Of a stretch of 64,000 nucleotides of DNA, positions 50,799-61,133 are shown piece by piece. Numbering within the stretch: position 1 is the stretch's first letter; the number at the start of each line of letters is the position of its first letter. A program made the position numbers and the translations under genes. The notes beneath the pieces are model-generated. The model was given only the letters and a program-made list of their open reading frames with translations. It was not told the DNA's origin and did not search any database. The stretch is from positions 3,658,001-3,722,000 of the forward strand of contig NC_000964.3 of assembly GCF_000009045.1 (NCBI RefSeq). The letters are read 5' to 3'. The DNA is from Bacillus subtilis subsp. subtilis str. 168 (lineage in GTDB: Bacteria > Bacillota > Bacilli > Bacillales > Bacillaceae).

Positions 50799-51566
50799 TT
50801 ATTCAGGGCTTCCTTCAGTTGTTTCGATATCTTTCGCAAAATCAGGGTTATCCAGATTCGCATTAAAGAAATCCGCTGTGTTCGGAAGTCTGAGATTCAT
50901 GTTCATTTTTTGAGAAATCGTAACCGTGCAATCCTCAAGCACATAGTCAAAAACGTGTCCGCCTGAATTGCGTCCTTCGTCAATGAAGTGCAGGTGATAG
51001 CCAGAAACGGCGATTCCGTTTGCATAAGCTGGTGTCAAGAAACCTACAATCGTTCCTCTCACGTTGTCGAAGTTGAAAATCGGCTGTGTTTTGACCGCTT
51101 CAACCATTGGCACGTAAGGTTTTTCTTGAAGTTCTACTGTTCTTGTCTGCACCTTTTTAAACAATCCGTCAATGCGAATTGCATAAAATAAGTTTCTGCT
51201 TGGCAGCATGCTGTTGATCTCTTTTTCAAAGTCTTCGCGTGTCATTTTCGCATCAATTTTGTGCGTCATGTCCGGTGTAAAGAACGTAAATGAACAGAAC
51301 GGTGAACGGTCTCCATTTTGGACCGGTGTCGCGGTTCCGTCTGAGCGAAGACGGTAAAATTCGCCGTCAAACCCAATCAGCTCTCCGTCAAGCTTGTTAA
51401 AGGTTCCGATACCGAAGTCTCCATATTTCGGAATCTCTGACAGTTCAAAATCTCCGTCATATACTCCGTCTAATAGAGAAGTCATTGTTGATACTTGATA
51501 AATCTGGCTCACAGGCTGATCTTTTTGACCACGGCTGAGCACTTGAATGTTGCTTTCTCGTTTCAT
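50799..51566 (-). CDS. alsD: Alpha-acetolactate decarboxylase
   Basis: GDFGIGTF..LDGEL and GYHLHF..GGH motifs. Confidence 0.97.
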   Translation of the reverse strand: MKRESNIQVLSRGQKDQPVSQIYQVSTMTSLLDGVYDGDFELSEIPKYGDFGIGTFNKLDGELIGFDGEFYRLRSDGTATPVQNGDRSPFCSFTFFTPDMTHKIDAKMTREDFEKEINSMLPSRNLFYAIRIDGLFKKVQTRTVELQEKPYVPMVEAVKTQPIFNFDNVRGTIVGFLTPAYANGIAVSGYHLHFIDEGRNSGGHVFDYVLEDCTVTISQKMNMNLRLPNTADFFNANLDNPDFAKDIETTEGSPE

Positions 51567-51627
51567 ATTTCCCTTCACTCCTTTTATTTAGTGCTGTTCA
51601 TAAAACAGTGTCGTGATGCGCAGAGTG

Positions 51628-53340
51628 CTAGAGAGCTTTCGTTTTCATGAGTTCCCCGAATTCTTTCGGAAGCTTGTCACTTGCTAAATTAATGTTATCA
51701 CTGTAGTCAACCGGGACATCGATGATGACAGGACCTTCAGCGTTCATGCCTTGACGCAGAACATCTGCCAGCTGGTCTGGTGATTCTACGCGCAAGCCAG
51801 TTGCTCCGAAGCTTTCCGCATATTTCACGATATCGATATTTCCGAAATCGACCGCAGATGTACGGTTATATTTTTTCAATTGCTGGAATGCAACCATGTC
51901 ATATGTGCTGTCGTTCCATACAATGTGTACAATTGGTGCTTTTAGTCGAACTGCTGTCTCTAATTCCATTGCTGAGAATAAGAAACCGCCGTCACCAGAG
52001 ACAGAAACCACTTTTTCTCCCGGTTTCACCAATGAAGCGCCGATTGCCCAAGGAAGCGCAACGCCGAGTGTTTGCATACCGTTACTGATCATTAATGTTA
52101 ACGGCTCGTAGCTGCGGAAATAACGTGACATCCAAATGGCGTGCGAACCGATATCGCAAGTTACTGTAACATGATCATCGACTGCATTACGCAACTCTTT
52201 AACGATTTCAAGAGGGTGCGCTCTGTCTGATTTCCAATCTGCAGGCACCTGCTCACCTTCATGCATATATTGTTTTAAATCAGAAAGGATTTTCTGCTCA
52301 CGCTCTGCAAATTCCACTTTCACAGCATCGTGTTCGATATGATTGATCGTGGACGGAATGTCACCGATCAATTCAAGATCAGGCTGGTAAGCATGATCAA
52401 TGTCAGCGATAATCTCGTCTAAATGGATAATTGTCCGGTCTCCATTGATATTCCAGAATTTCGGATCATATTCAATCGGGTCATAGCCGATCGTCAGAAC
52501 AACATCTGCCTGCTCTAGCAGTAAATCGCCAGGCTGGTTGCGGAACAAACCGATACGGCCAAAATATTGATCCTCTAAATCTCTAGAAAGGGTACCGGCA
52601 GCTTGATATGTTTCAACAAATGGAAGCTGAACCTTTTTCAAAAGCTTGCGAACCGCTTTAATTGCTTCCGGTCTTCCGCCTTTCATGCCGACCAAAACGA
52701 CAGGAAGTTTTGCTGTTTGGATTTTTGCTATGGCCGCACTGATTGCATCATCTGCTGCAGGACCGAGTTTTGGCGCTGCAACAGCACGCACGTTTTTCGT
52801 ATTTGTGACTTCATTCACAACATCTTGCGGAAAGCTCACAAAAGCGGCCCCAGCCTGCCCTGCTGACGCTATCCTAAATGCATTTGTAACAGCTTCCGGT
52901 ATATTTTTTACATCTTGAACTTCTACACTGTATTTTGTAATCGGCTGGAATAGCGCCGCATTATCCAAAGATTGATGTGTCCGTTTTAAACGATCTGCAC
53001 GGATCACGTTTCCAGCAAGCGCAACGACAGGGTCTCCTTCAGTGTTCGCTGTCAGCAGGCCTGTTGCCAAGTTAGAGGCACCCGGTCCTGATGTGACTAA
53101 CACGACTCCCGGTTTTCCAGTTAAACGGCCGACTGCTTGGGCCATGAATGCTGCGTTTTGTTCGTGCCGGGCAACGATAATTTCAGGTCCTTTATCTTGT
53201 AAAGCGTCAAATACCGCATCAATTTTTGCACCTGGAATGCCAAATACATGTGTGACACCTTGCTCCACTAAGCAATCAACAACAAGCTCCGCCCCTCTGT
53301 TTTTCACAAGGGATTTTTGTTCTTTTGTTGCTTTTGTCAA
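51628..53340 (-). CDS. alsS: Catabolic acetolactate synthase
   Basis: [21 protein letters not shown] and GDGG..WND TPP motifs; TTG start. Confidence 0.97.
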   Translation of the reverse strand: MTKATKEQKSLVKNRGAELVVDCLVEQGVTHVFGIPGAKIDAVFDALQDKGPEIIVARHEQNAAFMAQAVGRLTGKPGVVLVTSGPGASNLATGLLTANTEGDPVVALAGNVIRADRLKRTHQSLDNAALFQPITKYSVEVQDVKNIPEAVTNAFRIASAGQAGAAFVSFPQDVVNEVTNTKNVRAVAAPKLGPAADDAISAAIAKIQTAKLPVVLVGMKGGRPEAIKAVRKLLKKVQLPFVETYQAAGTLSRDLEDQYFGRIGLFRNQPGDLLLEQADVVLTIGYDPIEYDPKFWNINGDRTIIHLDEIIADIDHAYQPDLELIGDIPSTINHIEHDAVKVEFAEREQKILSDLKQYMHEGEQVPADWKSDRAHPLEIVKELRNAVDDHVTVTCDIGSHAIWMSRYFRSYEPLTLMISNGMQTLGVALPWAIGASLVKPGEKVVSVSGDGGFLFSAMELETAVRLKAPIVHIVWNDSTYDMVAFQQLKKYNRTSAVDFGNIDIVKYAESFGATGLRVESPDQLADVLRQGMNAEGPVIIDVPVDYSDNINLASDKLPKEFGELMKTKAL

Positions 53341-53450
53341 CACCCTCACTCCTTATTATGCATTTTAAACGTAAAATTTTAAATATCTTGTGATAAGTTT
53401 CACTATACACTCTTTGGAAATTGACCTCCAATATCGATTCGCCTTATGAT

Positions 53451-53469
53451 TAATATGTAATACGAATTA
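53451..53469. promoter_or_regulatory. AlsR binding palindrome
   Basis: TAAT-N11-ATTA between divergent alsS and alsR. Confidence 0.6.
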
Positions 53470-53497
53470 TTAACCTATGGAAAGGAATGCATATTGA

Positions 53498-54406
53498 ATG
53501 GAGCTTCGCCATCTTCAATACTTTATCGCAGTAGCCGAAGAGCTTCATTTCGGAAAGGCTGCCCGGCGGCTGAACATGACGCAGCCTCCTCTCAGCCAGC
53601 AGATCAAACAGCTGGAGGAAGAAGTCGGAGTTACGCTTCTGAAAAGGACAAAACGATTTGTCGAGCTTACCGCAGCAGGAGAAATCTTTTTAAATCATTG
53701 CCGCATGGCATTGATGCAAATCGGACAAGGAATTGAACTGGCACAGCGGACGGCCCGCGGCGAGCAAGGCCTTCTCGTAATCGGTTTTGTCGGATCAGCT
53801 ACATATGAATTTCTGCCGCCGATTGTCCGGGAATATCGTAAAAAATTCCCATCTGTGAAAATAGAACTGCGTGAAATATCCTCGTCTAGGCAGCAGGAGG
53901 AGCTACTAAAGGGCAACATTGATATTGGTATACTTCATCCTCCCTTACAGCATACAGCTTTACATATCGAAACCGCCCAAAGCAGCCCTTGTGTTTTAGC
54001 TTTGCCTAAGCAACACCCATTGACTTCTAAGGAATCAATTACGATTGAGGATTTAAGAGATGAACCAATTATTACTGTTGCTAAAGAAGCATGGCCTACT
54101 CTATACATGGATTTTATTCAGTTCTGTGAACAAGCGGGCTTCAGACCCAACATTGTCCAGGAAGCCACAGAATATCAAATGGTGATTGGTTTAGTCAGTG
54201 CCGGAATTGGTATGACATTTGTTCCTTCCTCGGCCAAAAAATTATTTAATTTGGATGTTACTTATCGAAAAATGGACCAAATACAGCTTAATGCAGAATG
54301 GGTTATCGCTTACCGCAAAGACAATCATAATCCGCTTATAAAGCATTTTATTCATATTTCAAATTGTCAGCAGACAAGAACTAAAGAGAGTGATGCAGGT
54401 ACATGA
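53498..54406 (+). CDS. alsR: LysR-family activator of alsSD
   Basis: LHFGKAARRLNMTQPPLSQQI HTH; divergent from alsS. Confidence 0.96.
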   Translation: MELRHLQYFIAVAEELHFGKAARRLNMTQPPLSQQIKQLEEEVGVTLLKRTKRFVELTAAGEIFLNHCRMALMQIGQGIELAQRTARGEQGLLVIGFVGSATYEFLPPIVREYRKKFPSVKIELREISSSRQQEELLKGNIDIGILHPPLQHTALHIETAQSSPCVLALPKQHPLTSKESITIEDLRDEPIITVAKEAWPTLYMDFIQFCEQAGFRPNIVQEATEYQMVIGLVSAGIGMTFVPSSAKKLFNLDVTYRKMDQIQLNAEWVIAYRKDNHNPLIKHFIHISNCQQTRTKESDAGT

Positions 54407-54616
54407 ACAATACTTGCAATCTCTTTTTTCTTTTGGGATTCTTATGGAATTTTTATTAATTTAATATAATCGCTTAGTACAACTTTATATCAGTATACGT
54501 ATACATACAGTACAAATAGTTGGCAAGGACATCAGTAAGCGCAGGACATTAGTTTGATTTTAAAAATGAAAGATAGAGAGGTGAAGTAAATTATTGAGTT
54601 CACCGGCATATTCACA

Positions 54617-55945
54617 TTGCTCGCTTTTTTCGTAACAATGATTTTTATTTTCTGGAGACCAAAAGGACTAAATGAAGCTATCCCCGCCACATTTGGCGCT
54701 TTAATGGTTTTATTGTGCGGAAGTGTGTCATTGGCAGACTTAGGGGAAATCGGAACAAAAGTCACGGGTGCATCGGTTACAATCCTTGCCACTATGATTA
54801 TGGCCATTGCACTAGAAAGCTTTGGTTTCTTTTATTGGGTGGCTGCAAAACTGCTCCAACAATCCAAGGGTTCAGGCATCAAGCTTTTTTGGCTAACCAA
54901 TTTGCTCTGCTTTCTCATGACCATTTTCCTTAATAATGATGGGAGCATTTTGATCACAACTCCAATCCTTTTGCTTGTACTAAAATATTTAGGTTTAAAA
55001 AAACATCAAAAAGCCCCATATTTATTAAGCGGTGTTTTAATAGCCACAGCCTCTAGCGCACCGATTGGCGTAAGTAATATTGTTAATTTAATTTCTCTCA
55101 AAATCATTGGAATGGATCTATATCTTCACACCGCCATGATGTTTGTCCCTAGTATGATGGGACTCATTTTTATGACTTGTCTACTGTTTATGTTCTTTTA
55201 TAAACGTCTTCCCAAAAGCCTGCCAGATATACCGGGCCATTTTCAGTCTCTGCGGCATAGAAGGTACCATCCTCTTCATTCGCCATCAGCTCCTTTACCA
55301 GAACGAAATCAAACAAAAATCATGTTGTTTGTGCTTGCATTTGTTTTTCTCGTCAGAATGAGTCTATTTGCAGCATCATATACCGGTATTTCTGTTCCTC
55401 TAGTCGCTGTCATCGGATCTTTTATCCTGTTGAGCTGGAGATGGATTTATTTCAAAACCTCCCCAAGAGACTTGTTATATAAATCGCCTTGGCACATTTT
55501 TATATTCGCTTTTACTATGTATGTCTTAATTTATGGTCTGCATAATATTGGATTCACAGAGTTACTTGTGAGTTATTTTGAACCTGTGGTTTCTGGAAGC
55601 CTCGCCCATGCAACTTTCGCATCAGGTATCTCTACTTCAGTTTTTTCTAATCTCTTTAACAACCATCCAGCGTTAATGATCAGTACTTTTACCTTAACTG
55701 AAATGACCCTGAATCCTTCAACAACAAAAATCATCTACTTGGCAAATATTATCGGCAGTGATATCGGTTCATTATTATTACCTATGGGAACCTTAGCAAC
55801 GCTTATTTGGATGCATATATTAAAACAGCATGATGAAAGTATTTCATGGGGCGAATATATAAAAACGACCATTATCATCATTCCGCTGACTGTTCTTTTT
55901 ACGTTAACATGTTTATATTTTTGGATCAGTTGGTTATTTCTTTAG
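54617..55945 (+). CDS. ywrK: ArsB/NhaD-family membrane transporter; true start may be 54590
   Basis: LNNDGSILITTP, GVSNIVN and NNHPAL motifs; multi-TM. Confidence 0.85.
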   Translation: MLAFFVTMIFIFWRPKGLNEAIPATFGALMVLLCGSVSLADLGEIGTKVTGASVTILATMIMAIALESFGFFYWVAAKLLQQSKGSGIKLFWLTNLLCFLMTIFLNNDGSILITTPILLLVLKYLGLKKHQKAPYLLSGVLIATASSAPIGVSNIVNLISLKIIGMDLYLHTAMMFVPSMMGLIFMTCLLFMFFYKRLPKSLPDIPGHFQSLRHRRYHPLHSPSAPLPERNQTKIMLFVLAFVFLVRMSLFAASYTGISVPLVAVIGSFILLSWRWIYFKTSPRDLLYKSPWHIFIFAFTMYVLIYGLHNIGFTELLVSYFEPVVSGSLAHATFASGISTSVFSNLFNNHPALMISTFTLTEMTLNPSTTKIIYLANIIGSDIGSLLLPMGTLATLIWMHILKQHDESISWGEYIKTTIIIIPLTVLFTLTCLYFWISWLFL

Positions 55946-55960
55946 CACAGTATGAAACGA

Positions 55961-55994
55961 AAAACTGCCTTCTGCTTTTCAAGAGGGCAGTTTT
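55961..55994. terminator. Bidirectional terminator ywrK/ywrJ
   Basis: AAAACTGCC...GGCAGTTTT. Confidence 0.75.
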
Positions 55995-56001
55995 GTATAC
56001 A

Positions 56002-56679
56002 CTAGGGAAGATGCATTGTCTTTAGATGATTTAACTTCCAAATGACTGGCTCTCCACTTGCGTTAATAAGCTCAATGATATTATTAGAGACACCCTTTAA
56101 TAGTCCGACTTTTTCTGGCACCTCTCCCATATCAAATATGACCAATTCACCAATATTTTTTTTGATCTGCTCCTCAAAATTACGCACAAGAGGAACTTTG
56201 GAAGGCACGACCGGCAATTGTGAGTTGTCAAGAGTATACGGTGTTTGTTCAGTTGAATAAGGGGTAAACCATTTTAAATGATGCATAGATATAAAAAGTA
56301 TTTTAAATACGGGTGAGAAAAATACAATATAATCGTTTAAAACATTTGTAACATATCCATGGATCGATCGACCCCCAGTTACATAAACTTCAATAAACTG
56401 GCCTTTGACCTTGTTTAATGTATTTCTATATGAAAAAGCTTGAGTTTCTGCCTCTATCATTGGATCTTCCGGATTGATCAAAAATGGCTTCTCAGTACTG
56501 GTCACTATTTTCGCCTTGTTTATTTGATGAAGATGCAACAAGGGAATATAAAGATAATTGCAGCCATCAAAAATAACAAAAATATCCTGTCCGATATCTA
56601 TGAGGGTGCCGACAAACCTTGTATCTCCTGAAATGACAACCTCAACATCTGTGTTAAGGAATTGATTCAAACCTTTCAC
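56002..56679 (-). CDS. ywrJ: Probable spore coat-associated protein with three short repeated modules
   Basis: Immediately downstream of cotB; AAAGGAGG RBS. Confidence 0.8.
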   Translation of the reverse strand: MKGLNQFLNTDVEVVISGDTRFVGTLIDIGQDIFVIFDGCNYLYIPLLHLHQINKAKIVTSTEKPFLINPEDPMIEAETQAFSYRNTLNKVKGQFIEVYVTGGRSIHGYVTNVLNDYIVFFSPVFKILFISMHHLKWFTPYSTEQTPYTLDNSQLPVVPSKVPLVRNFEEQIKKNIGELVIFDMGEVPEKVGLLKGVSNNIIELINASGEPVIWKLNHLKTMHLP

Positions 56680-56738
56680 GATTCTCCTCCTTTAACTGAA
56701 AAAGGGCATCACTTTATCTGATGCTCCTCCATTATCTA

Positions 56739-57881
56739 TTAAAATTTACGTTTCCAGTGATAGTCTATCGTTCTGACAATCGTTTCATAGCTATAATCTT
56801 CCTTTTGTTTTCCTGAACTTTTTATTGAACTTGAATAGCCTGGTGATCTTGATGATTGATAATCTGAAGATCTTGGTGATCGTTTAGATGATTTTGATGA
56901 TTGATAATCTGAAGATTTTAATGATCGTTTAGATGATTTTGAAGAACTTTTTGAACGTGACGAACGGCCAGATTTGGATGATTGATAATCCGAAGATTTT
57001 AGTGATCGTTTAGATGATTTTGAAGAACTTTTTGAACGTGACGAACGACCAGATTTGGATGATTGATCATCTGAAGATTTTAGTGATCGTTTAGATGATT
57101 TTGATGAGCTATATGATTTTGAAGAAATGAACGAATTGCTGTCCTTATCATTATTGTCTTCCTGGTTTTGTTCATTTTTTTGATCCTCTTTTTTGTACGA
57201 CCCTTTTGGACCTAAGCTGATGCTTTTTATGTGAAAAGGATAGATGCGAAGCACCTCTTGATTTTTCACTATAGTATAATGGCCGTCGGCATTATCTACA
57301 AGGATACCCTCAATGGCTTCCGGACCTCCACGATTAATTGAAACCCATTTATGAGTCAGACTCTTAAAAACCTCGCTTAAATCATCAGCTTCCAAAACTC
57401 CAACTGGCGTCTGCTCTTCTATTTTCAAATCAGGCTCGTGTTTACTTATACTTTTGATGTGATGGATATTAAAATACACTACCCCATCCTCATTTGTGTT
57501 TAACGCAGCGTAATCATCTCCCAGCCAGACCAATCTTCCTTTTTTAGATTCCGGACCCCCTTGGTTAAATTGAACTGATTGGTTTATTAAATGTCCGATT
57601 AAGCTATGAAAATCATCAGCATCGAGCATTTCCTCAGTCTCAATTGTTGTGGTGCTATTATTGGTATCCTCAGTAATACTTTTCACATGCTCCAACTGAT
57701 AATAAATTATTTTTTTTTCAGCTTGTAAAGCTATATAATCTGATTTTACAGCTGTTAATTTTCCTTTTTTAGATTCCGGACCTCCACGATATACAGTAAC
57801 AATTTTATCTTTCATTGAGTGCAAAAAGTTATAATACGATATTTCATTATTTGAATGATATTTCATTCTCCTCTTGCTCAT
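56739..57881 (-). CDS. cotB: Spore outer coat protein B
   Basis: Three GGPE modules plus Ser/Lys/Arg-rich C-terminal repeats. Confidence 0.95.
   Translation of the reverse strand: MSKRRMKYHSNNEISYYNFLHSMKDKIVTVYRGGPESKKGKLTAVKSDYIALQAEKKIIYYQLEHVKSITEDTNNSTTTIETEEMLDADDFHSLIGHLINQSVQFNQGGPESKKGRLVWLGDDYAALNTNEDGVVYFNIHHIKSISKHEPDLKIEEQTPVGVLEADDLSEVFKSLTHKWVSINRGGPEAIEGILVDNADGHYTIVKNQEVLRIYPFHIKSISLGPKGSYKKEDQKNEQNQEDNNDKDSNSFISSKSYSSSKSSKRSLKSSDDQSSKSGRSSRSKSSSKSSKRSLKSSDYQSSKSGRSSRSKSSSKSSKRSLKSSDYQSSKSSKRSPRSSDYQSSRSPGYSSSIKSSGKQKEDYSYETIVRTIDYHWKRKF
56856..57107 (-). repeat. Coding tandem repeats in cotB (81+81+45+45 bp)
   Basis: Core SSKSSKRS(L/P)(K/R)SSD(D/Y)Q four times; the first two are followed by SSKSGRSSRSKS. 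Confidence 0.9.
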
Positions 57882-58008
57882 TCAAATTCCTCCTAGTCAC
57901 TTATACATAGATGATAAACATACTGCATATATACGTGTCACATTTATTTGTTGAACTAATTCAATAGCCTAATTGTCGCTTTTTCCGCGAATACCCATTT
58001 TCACGCAT

Positions 58009-59097
58009 TCATAAAATACTTAAATGATCTTTGAGGTATTGTGAACGGTTTTTAATATACTCGCAGATCACATCCGGCTCACGGTCAAAACGCTCAATAT
58101 CATTCTTTTTATACGGGTCCATGAGGACAAACGGCCTAATCCGTTCATACATCGCCATGATTTTCGGTTCCATATATTCTATTGTAAAAAGAGATTGGAG
58201 CGTTTTTTCTAACAGGCGCTTGTAGGACTTGCGAAACTCGGATTCATCCAATATCCGGGCGGTTAGTGTATTAAATCCTTGAATTCTTACATAATCGGCA
58301 GCCATCCGCTCTCCATGGATATCCCTGCCCCAAGTCGCATCATAATCCCAAGGAATCACCTCAAATAATCCGGTTTCCCCGCTTCTGTATAATGCGTAGT
58401 TGTGGACAAACCCGTCATAGTTCGAGGTGAATACAATACCAGCAAGCCAGCGCAAATACTTATCGACATCCACGTGTTTTGTCACTTCTGACTTAAACTG
58501 AGCTTTAGGGACCGTATTAATTTTAAAAATCATATCTTGTAAATAAAAATCATCTTCCTCAGTCCCTGTTTTCTTTTCATATCCAAGCTCCAGCGATGTT
58601 TTCGTTTCCCTTTCTAAATCGCTCATCAGAGAAAAGTTGGCATCATCATCCACCGCATAAAAAATCGCGCCATCAGCCAGCTTCCTTTTCGCCAAATAAT
58701 ATTCATCTACGGATTCAAGTTCAAGATAAACCCCTTCATTCTTCCCATTCATCTTTACAAACGCAAACTCTGCCTTTGGAGACAGTGTCCCTAGCTCCGA
58801 GAAAAAATCCAGAGACAATTTGTTTCTCATCAAGGAAGGGTCTTTATACTCCGCATTTAAGTGAATCTCTCGCGCGCCGCGGAATGTTTTCGGCTGATAA
58901 AAGGAAATATGGTATGACTTCTTTTTGAAGTCTCTGATATGTGATCCCCGATAAGCGATATCAATATCCAGCCTTTTTTGATTTACCTTCATCACAGCTG
59001 GCACCGGATCATCGTCCCATATATCCTTTTTTAATTCACGCAAGTCTTTTGGATGAACAAACAGCTGATAAAGCGGTAAATTGGATTGATTCTTCAT
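58009..59097 (-). CDS. cotH: Spore coat protein kinase
   Basis: YRGSHIR, KKSYHI and IPWDYDATWG CotH-family motifs. Confidence 0.95.
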   Translation of the reverse strand: MKNQSNLPLYQLFVHPKDLRELKKDIWDDDPVPAVMKVNQKRLDIDIAYRGSHIRDFKKKSYHISFYQPKTFRGAREIHLNAEYKDPSLMRNKLSLDFFSELGTLSPKAEFAFVKMNGKNEGVYLELESVDEYYLAKRKLADGAIFYAVDDDANFSLMSDLERETKTSLELGYEKKTGTEEDDFYLQDMIFKINTVPKAQFKSEVTKHVDVDKYLRWLAGIVFTSNYDGFVHNYALYRSGETGLFEVIPWDYDATWGRDIHGERMAADYVRIQGFNTLTARILDESEFRKSYKRLLEKTLQSLFTIEYMEPKIMAMYERIRPFVLMDPYKKNDIERFDREPDVICEYIKNRSQYLKDHLSIL

Positions 59098-59237
59098 CCA
59101 TAATCCTCCTTACAAATTTTAGGCTTTTATTTTTATAAGATCTCAGCGGAACACTTATACACTTTTTAAAACCGCGCGTACTATGAGGGTAGTAAGGATC
59201 TTCATCCTTAACATATTTTTAAAAGGAGGATTTCAAA

Positions 59238-59825
59238 TTGGGCCACTATTCCCATTCTGACATCGAAGAAGCGGTGAAATCCGCAAAAAAAGAAGGTTTA
59301 AAGGATTATTTATACCAAGAGCCTCATGGAAAAAAACGCAGTCATAAAAAGTCGCACCGCACTCACAAAAAATCTCGCAGCCATAAAAAATCATACTGCT
59401 CTCACAAAAAATCTCGCAGTCACAAAAAATCATTCTGTTCTCACAAAAAATCTCGCAGCCACAAAAAATCATACTGCTCTCACAAGAAATCTCGCAGCCA
59501 CAAAAAATCGTACCGTTCTCACAAAAAATCTCGCAGCTATAAAAAATCTTACCGTTCTTACAAAAAATCTCGTAGCTATAAAAAATCTTGCCGTTCTTAC
59601 AAAAAATCTCGCAGCTACAAAAAGTCTTACTGTTCTCACAAGAAAAAATCTCGCAGCTATAAGAAGTCATGCCGCACACACAAAAAATCTTATCGTTCCC
59701 ATAAGAAATACTACAAAAAACCGCACCACCACTGCGACGACTACAAAAGACACGATGATTATGACAGCAAAAAAGAATACTGGAAAGACGGCAATTGCTG
59801 GGTAGTCAAAAAGAAATACAAATAA
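59238..59825 (+). CDS. cotG: Spore coat protein G
   Basis: TTG start behind AAAGGAGG; Lys/Ser/His-rich repeats. Confidence 0.95.
   Translation: MGHYSHSDIEEAVKSAKKEGLKDYLYQEPHGKKRSHKKSHRTHKKSRSHKKSYCSHKKSRSHKKSFCSHKKSRSHKKSYCSHKKSRSHKKSYRSHKKSRSYKKSYRSYKKSRSYKKSCRSYKKSRSYKKSYCSHKKKSRSYKKSCRTHKKSYRSHKKYYKKPHHHCDDYKRHDDYDSKKEYWKDGNCWVVKKKYK
59340..59709 (+). repeat. About nine 39-bp coding tandem repeats in cotG
   Basis: Unit S(H/Y)KKS(Y/F/C/H)(C/R)(S/T)(H/Y)KKSR, one copy with an extra K. Confidence 0.92.
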
Positions 59826-59844
59826 TCTAAGTTTTCATTGTTTC

Positions 59845-59882
59845 AATAGGCTGCCGGCGGAGGTACGGAAGCCTATTTTTTT
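59845..59882 (+). terminator. Terminator of cotG (T tract on plus strand only)
   Basis: AATAGGCT...AGCCTATT followed by TTTTT. Confidence 0.8.
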
Positions 59883-59913
59883 ATTTGCCCTGTATTAGAT
59901 ATATGTCATGACA

Positions 59914-59941
59914 TAACATATGCAACCCGCATCATTTGGTT
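59914..59941 (-). promoter_or_regulatory. Probable SigK promoter for the long cotH leader
   Basis: AACC-15-CATATGTTA versus mACM-16-CATA-N3-TA; about 810 nt upstream of cotH. Confidence 0.6.
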
Positions 59942-59998
59942 TCCTTTAAACCATTTCGTTATAATCAAGGTATCCTAACGATAAAGGCGGTTGTTGCT

Positions 59999-60616
59999 AT
60001 GTACATATTTCAAGCTGATCAGCTTAGTGCCAAAGACACATACAAGCTATTGTCAGGTACCGTTATTCCCCGCCCCATTGCATTTGTGACAACACTTTCT
60101 TCAGGAGGAGCGGTAAATGCCGCGCCTTTCAGTTTTTATAACGTCGTCAGCTCAGATCCTCCGCTTCTCAGTATTTCTGTTAACAGGACGGAAGGACGCC
60201 AAAAAGATACAGCACGAAACGCAGTGGAGAACGGAGAATTTGTCGTTCATGTCAGTGATGAAGCCATCATTGAAGATATCAATGAAACAGCTGCAAGCTT
60301 AAGGCCGGATGAAAGCGAGCTTACACGCACCTCGCTTCATCCTGTTGAAAGCAAAGCTGTTTCAGTTCCCGGCATTAAGGAAGCCCGCGTTCGCTTTGAG
60401 TGCAAATTAGAGCGGCATATTACCTTTGACAATGATCAAGGCATCACTACAGCAGATCTGCTCATCGGAAGAGTTGTCTGCTTCCACCTAGATGAAAAGG
60501 TGTATGATGCAGAAAAGGGATATATTTTAACGGATGAATTAAAGCCTGCCTCACGATTGGCGGGAAATCACTATGCCAAGCTGGGGGAAGAATTCACACT
60601 GATTCGTCCCAGCTGA
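59999..60616 (+). CDS. ywrF: Flavin reductase-like FMN-binding protein
   Basis: PRPIAFV, NAAPFSF, KDTARN and ECKL motifs. Confidence 0.88.
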   Translation: MYIFQADQLSAKDTYKLLSGTVIPRPIAFVTTLSSGGAVNAAPFSFYNVVSSDPPLLSISVNRTEGRQKDTARNAVENGEFVVHVSDEAIIEDINETAASLRPDESELTRTSLHPVESKAVSVPGIKEARVRFECKLERHITFDNDQGITTADLLIGRVVCFHLDEKVYDAEKGYILTDELKPASRLAGNHYAKLGEEFTLIRPS

Positions 60617-60701
60617 AGAGAAGGACTATTTAAATAGAAGAAACTAGTCAAAAAGACCTTATGATTACAAAATATCGCCTGTAAATAACTGAAAAAATAT
60701 C

Positions 60702-60741
60702 AAAAAAAAGAACACCCAGAGCAAGCTCGGGGTGTTCTTTT
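60702..60741 (+). terminator. Terminator after ywrF
   Basis: AAAAGAACACC...GGTGTTCTTTT. Confidence 0.75.
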
Positions 60742-60742
60742 A

Positions 60743-60768
60743 TGAAACGTTTTTCCTTTTTCTTCGTA
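60743..60768 (+). promoter_or_regulatory. SigW promoter of ywrE
   Basis: TGAAAC-16-CGTA, exact consensus. Confidence 0.88.
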
Positions 60769-60793
60769 TAAAGGTAGATTAGGAGGAATTGGA

Positions 60794-61129
60794 ATGACAA
60801 ACTTTTGGATTTTAATGCTGATCGCTATTACCATCAGTCTCGCCTCTCAATTTTTTATAAAGAAAAAATACGGTATTGATAAATCCGGCTGGCGATATAA
60901 GCATGTCAGCAATACACACAAATGGATCGAAATCACTTTACTTATTTTGTTTGTGTTTTCACTCTCCTTTTTTCCAGTTGAATATTTGCTTCTTTTATTT
61001 TTTATTGTGATTGACTCAATACGTATTTTTATGGAGTGGCATTATAGACCTGAAGATAAACAGTATATGTACCACATTGTAGAGGTCTCCCTTATGTTTA
61101 TGCTTTTGATTTATGTTTGTACCCTATAG
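60794..61129 (+). CDS. ywrE: Small membrane protein of unknown function
   Basis: AGGAGG RBS; several hydrophobic segments; MEW motif. Confidence 0.85.
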   Translation: MTNFWILMLIAITISLASQFFIKKKYGIDKSGWRYKHVSNTHKWIEITLLILFVFSLSFFPVEYLLLLFFIVIDSIRIFMEWHYRPEDKQYMYHIVEVSLMFMLLIYVCTL

Positions 61130-61133
61130 TTAT

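Noticed and set aside
56856-59709. cotB and cotG repeats as a CRISPR array
   Set aside because: Contiguous in-frame coding repeats with no unique spacers and no cas genes
59233-59805. Cys-rich antisense ORF (59233-59679) and +1-frame ORF (59326-59805) over cotG
   Set aside because: Stop-free shadows of the low-complexity repeat with no convincing SD; the antisense one would lie in the cotH leader, so Ribo-seq could revisit it
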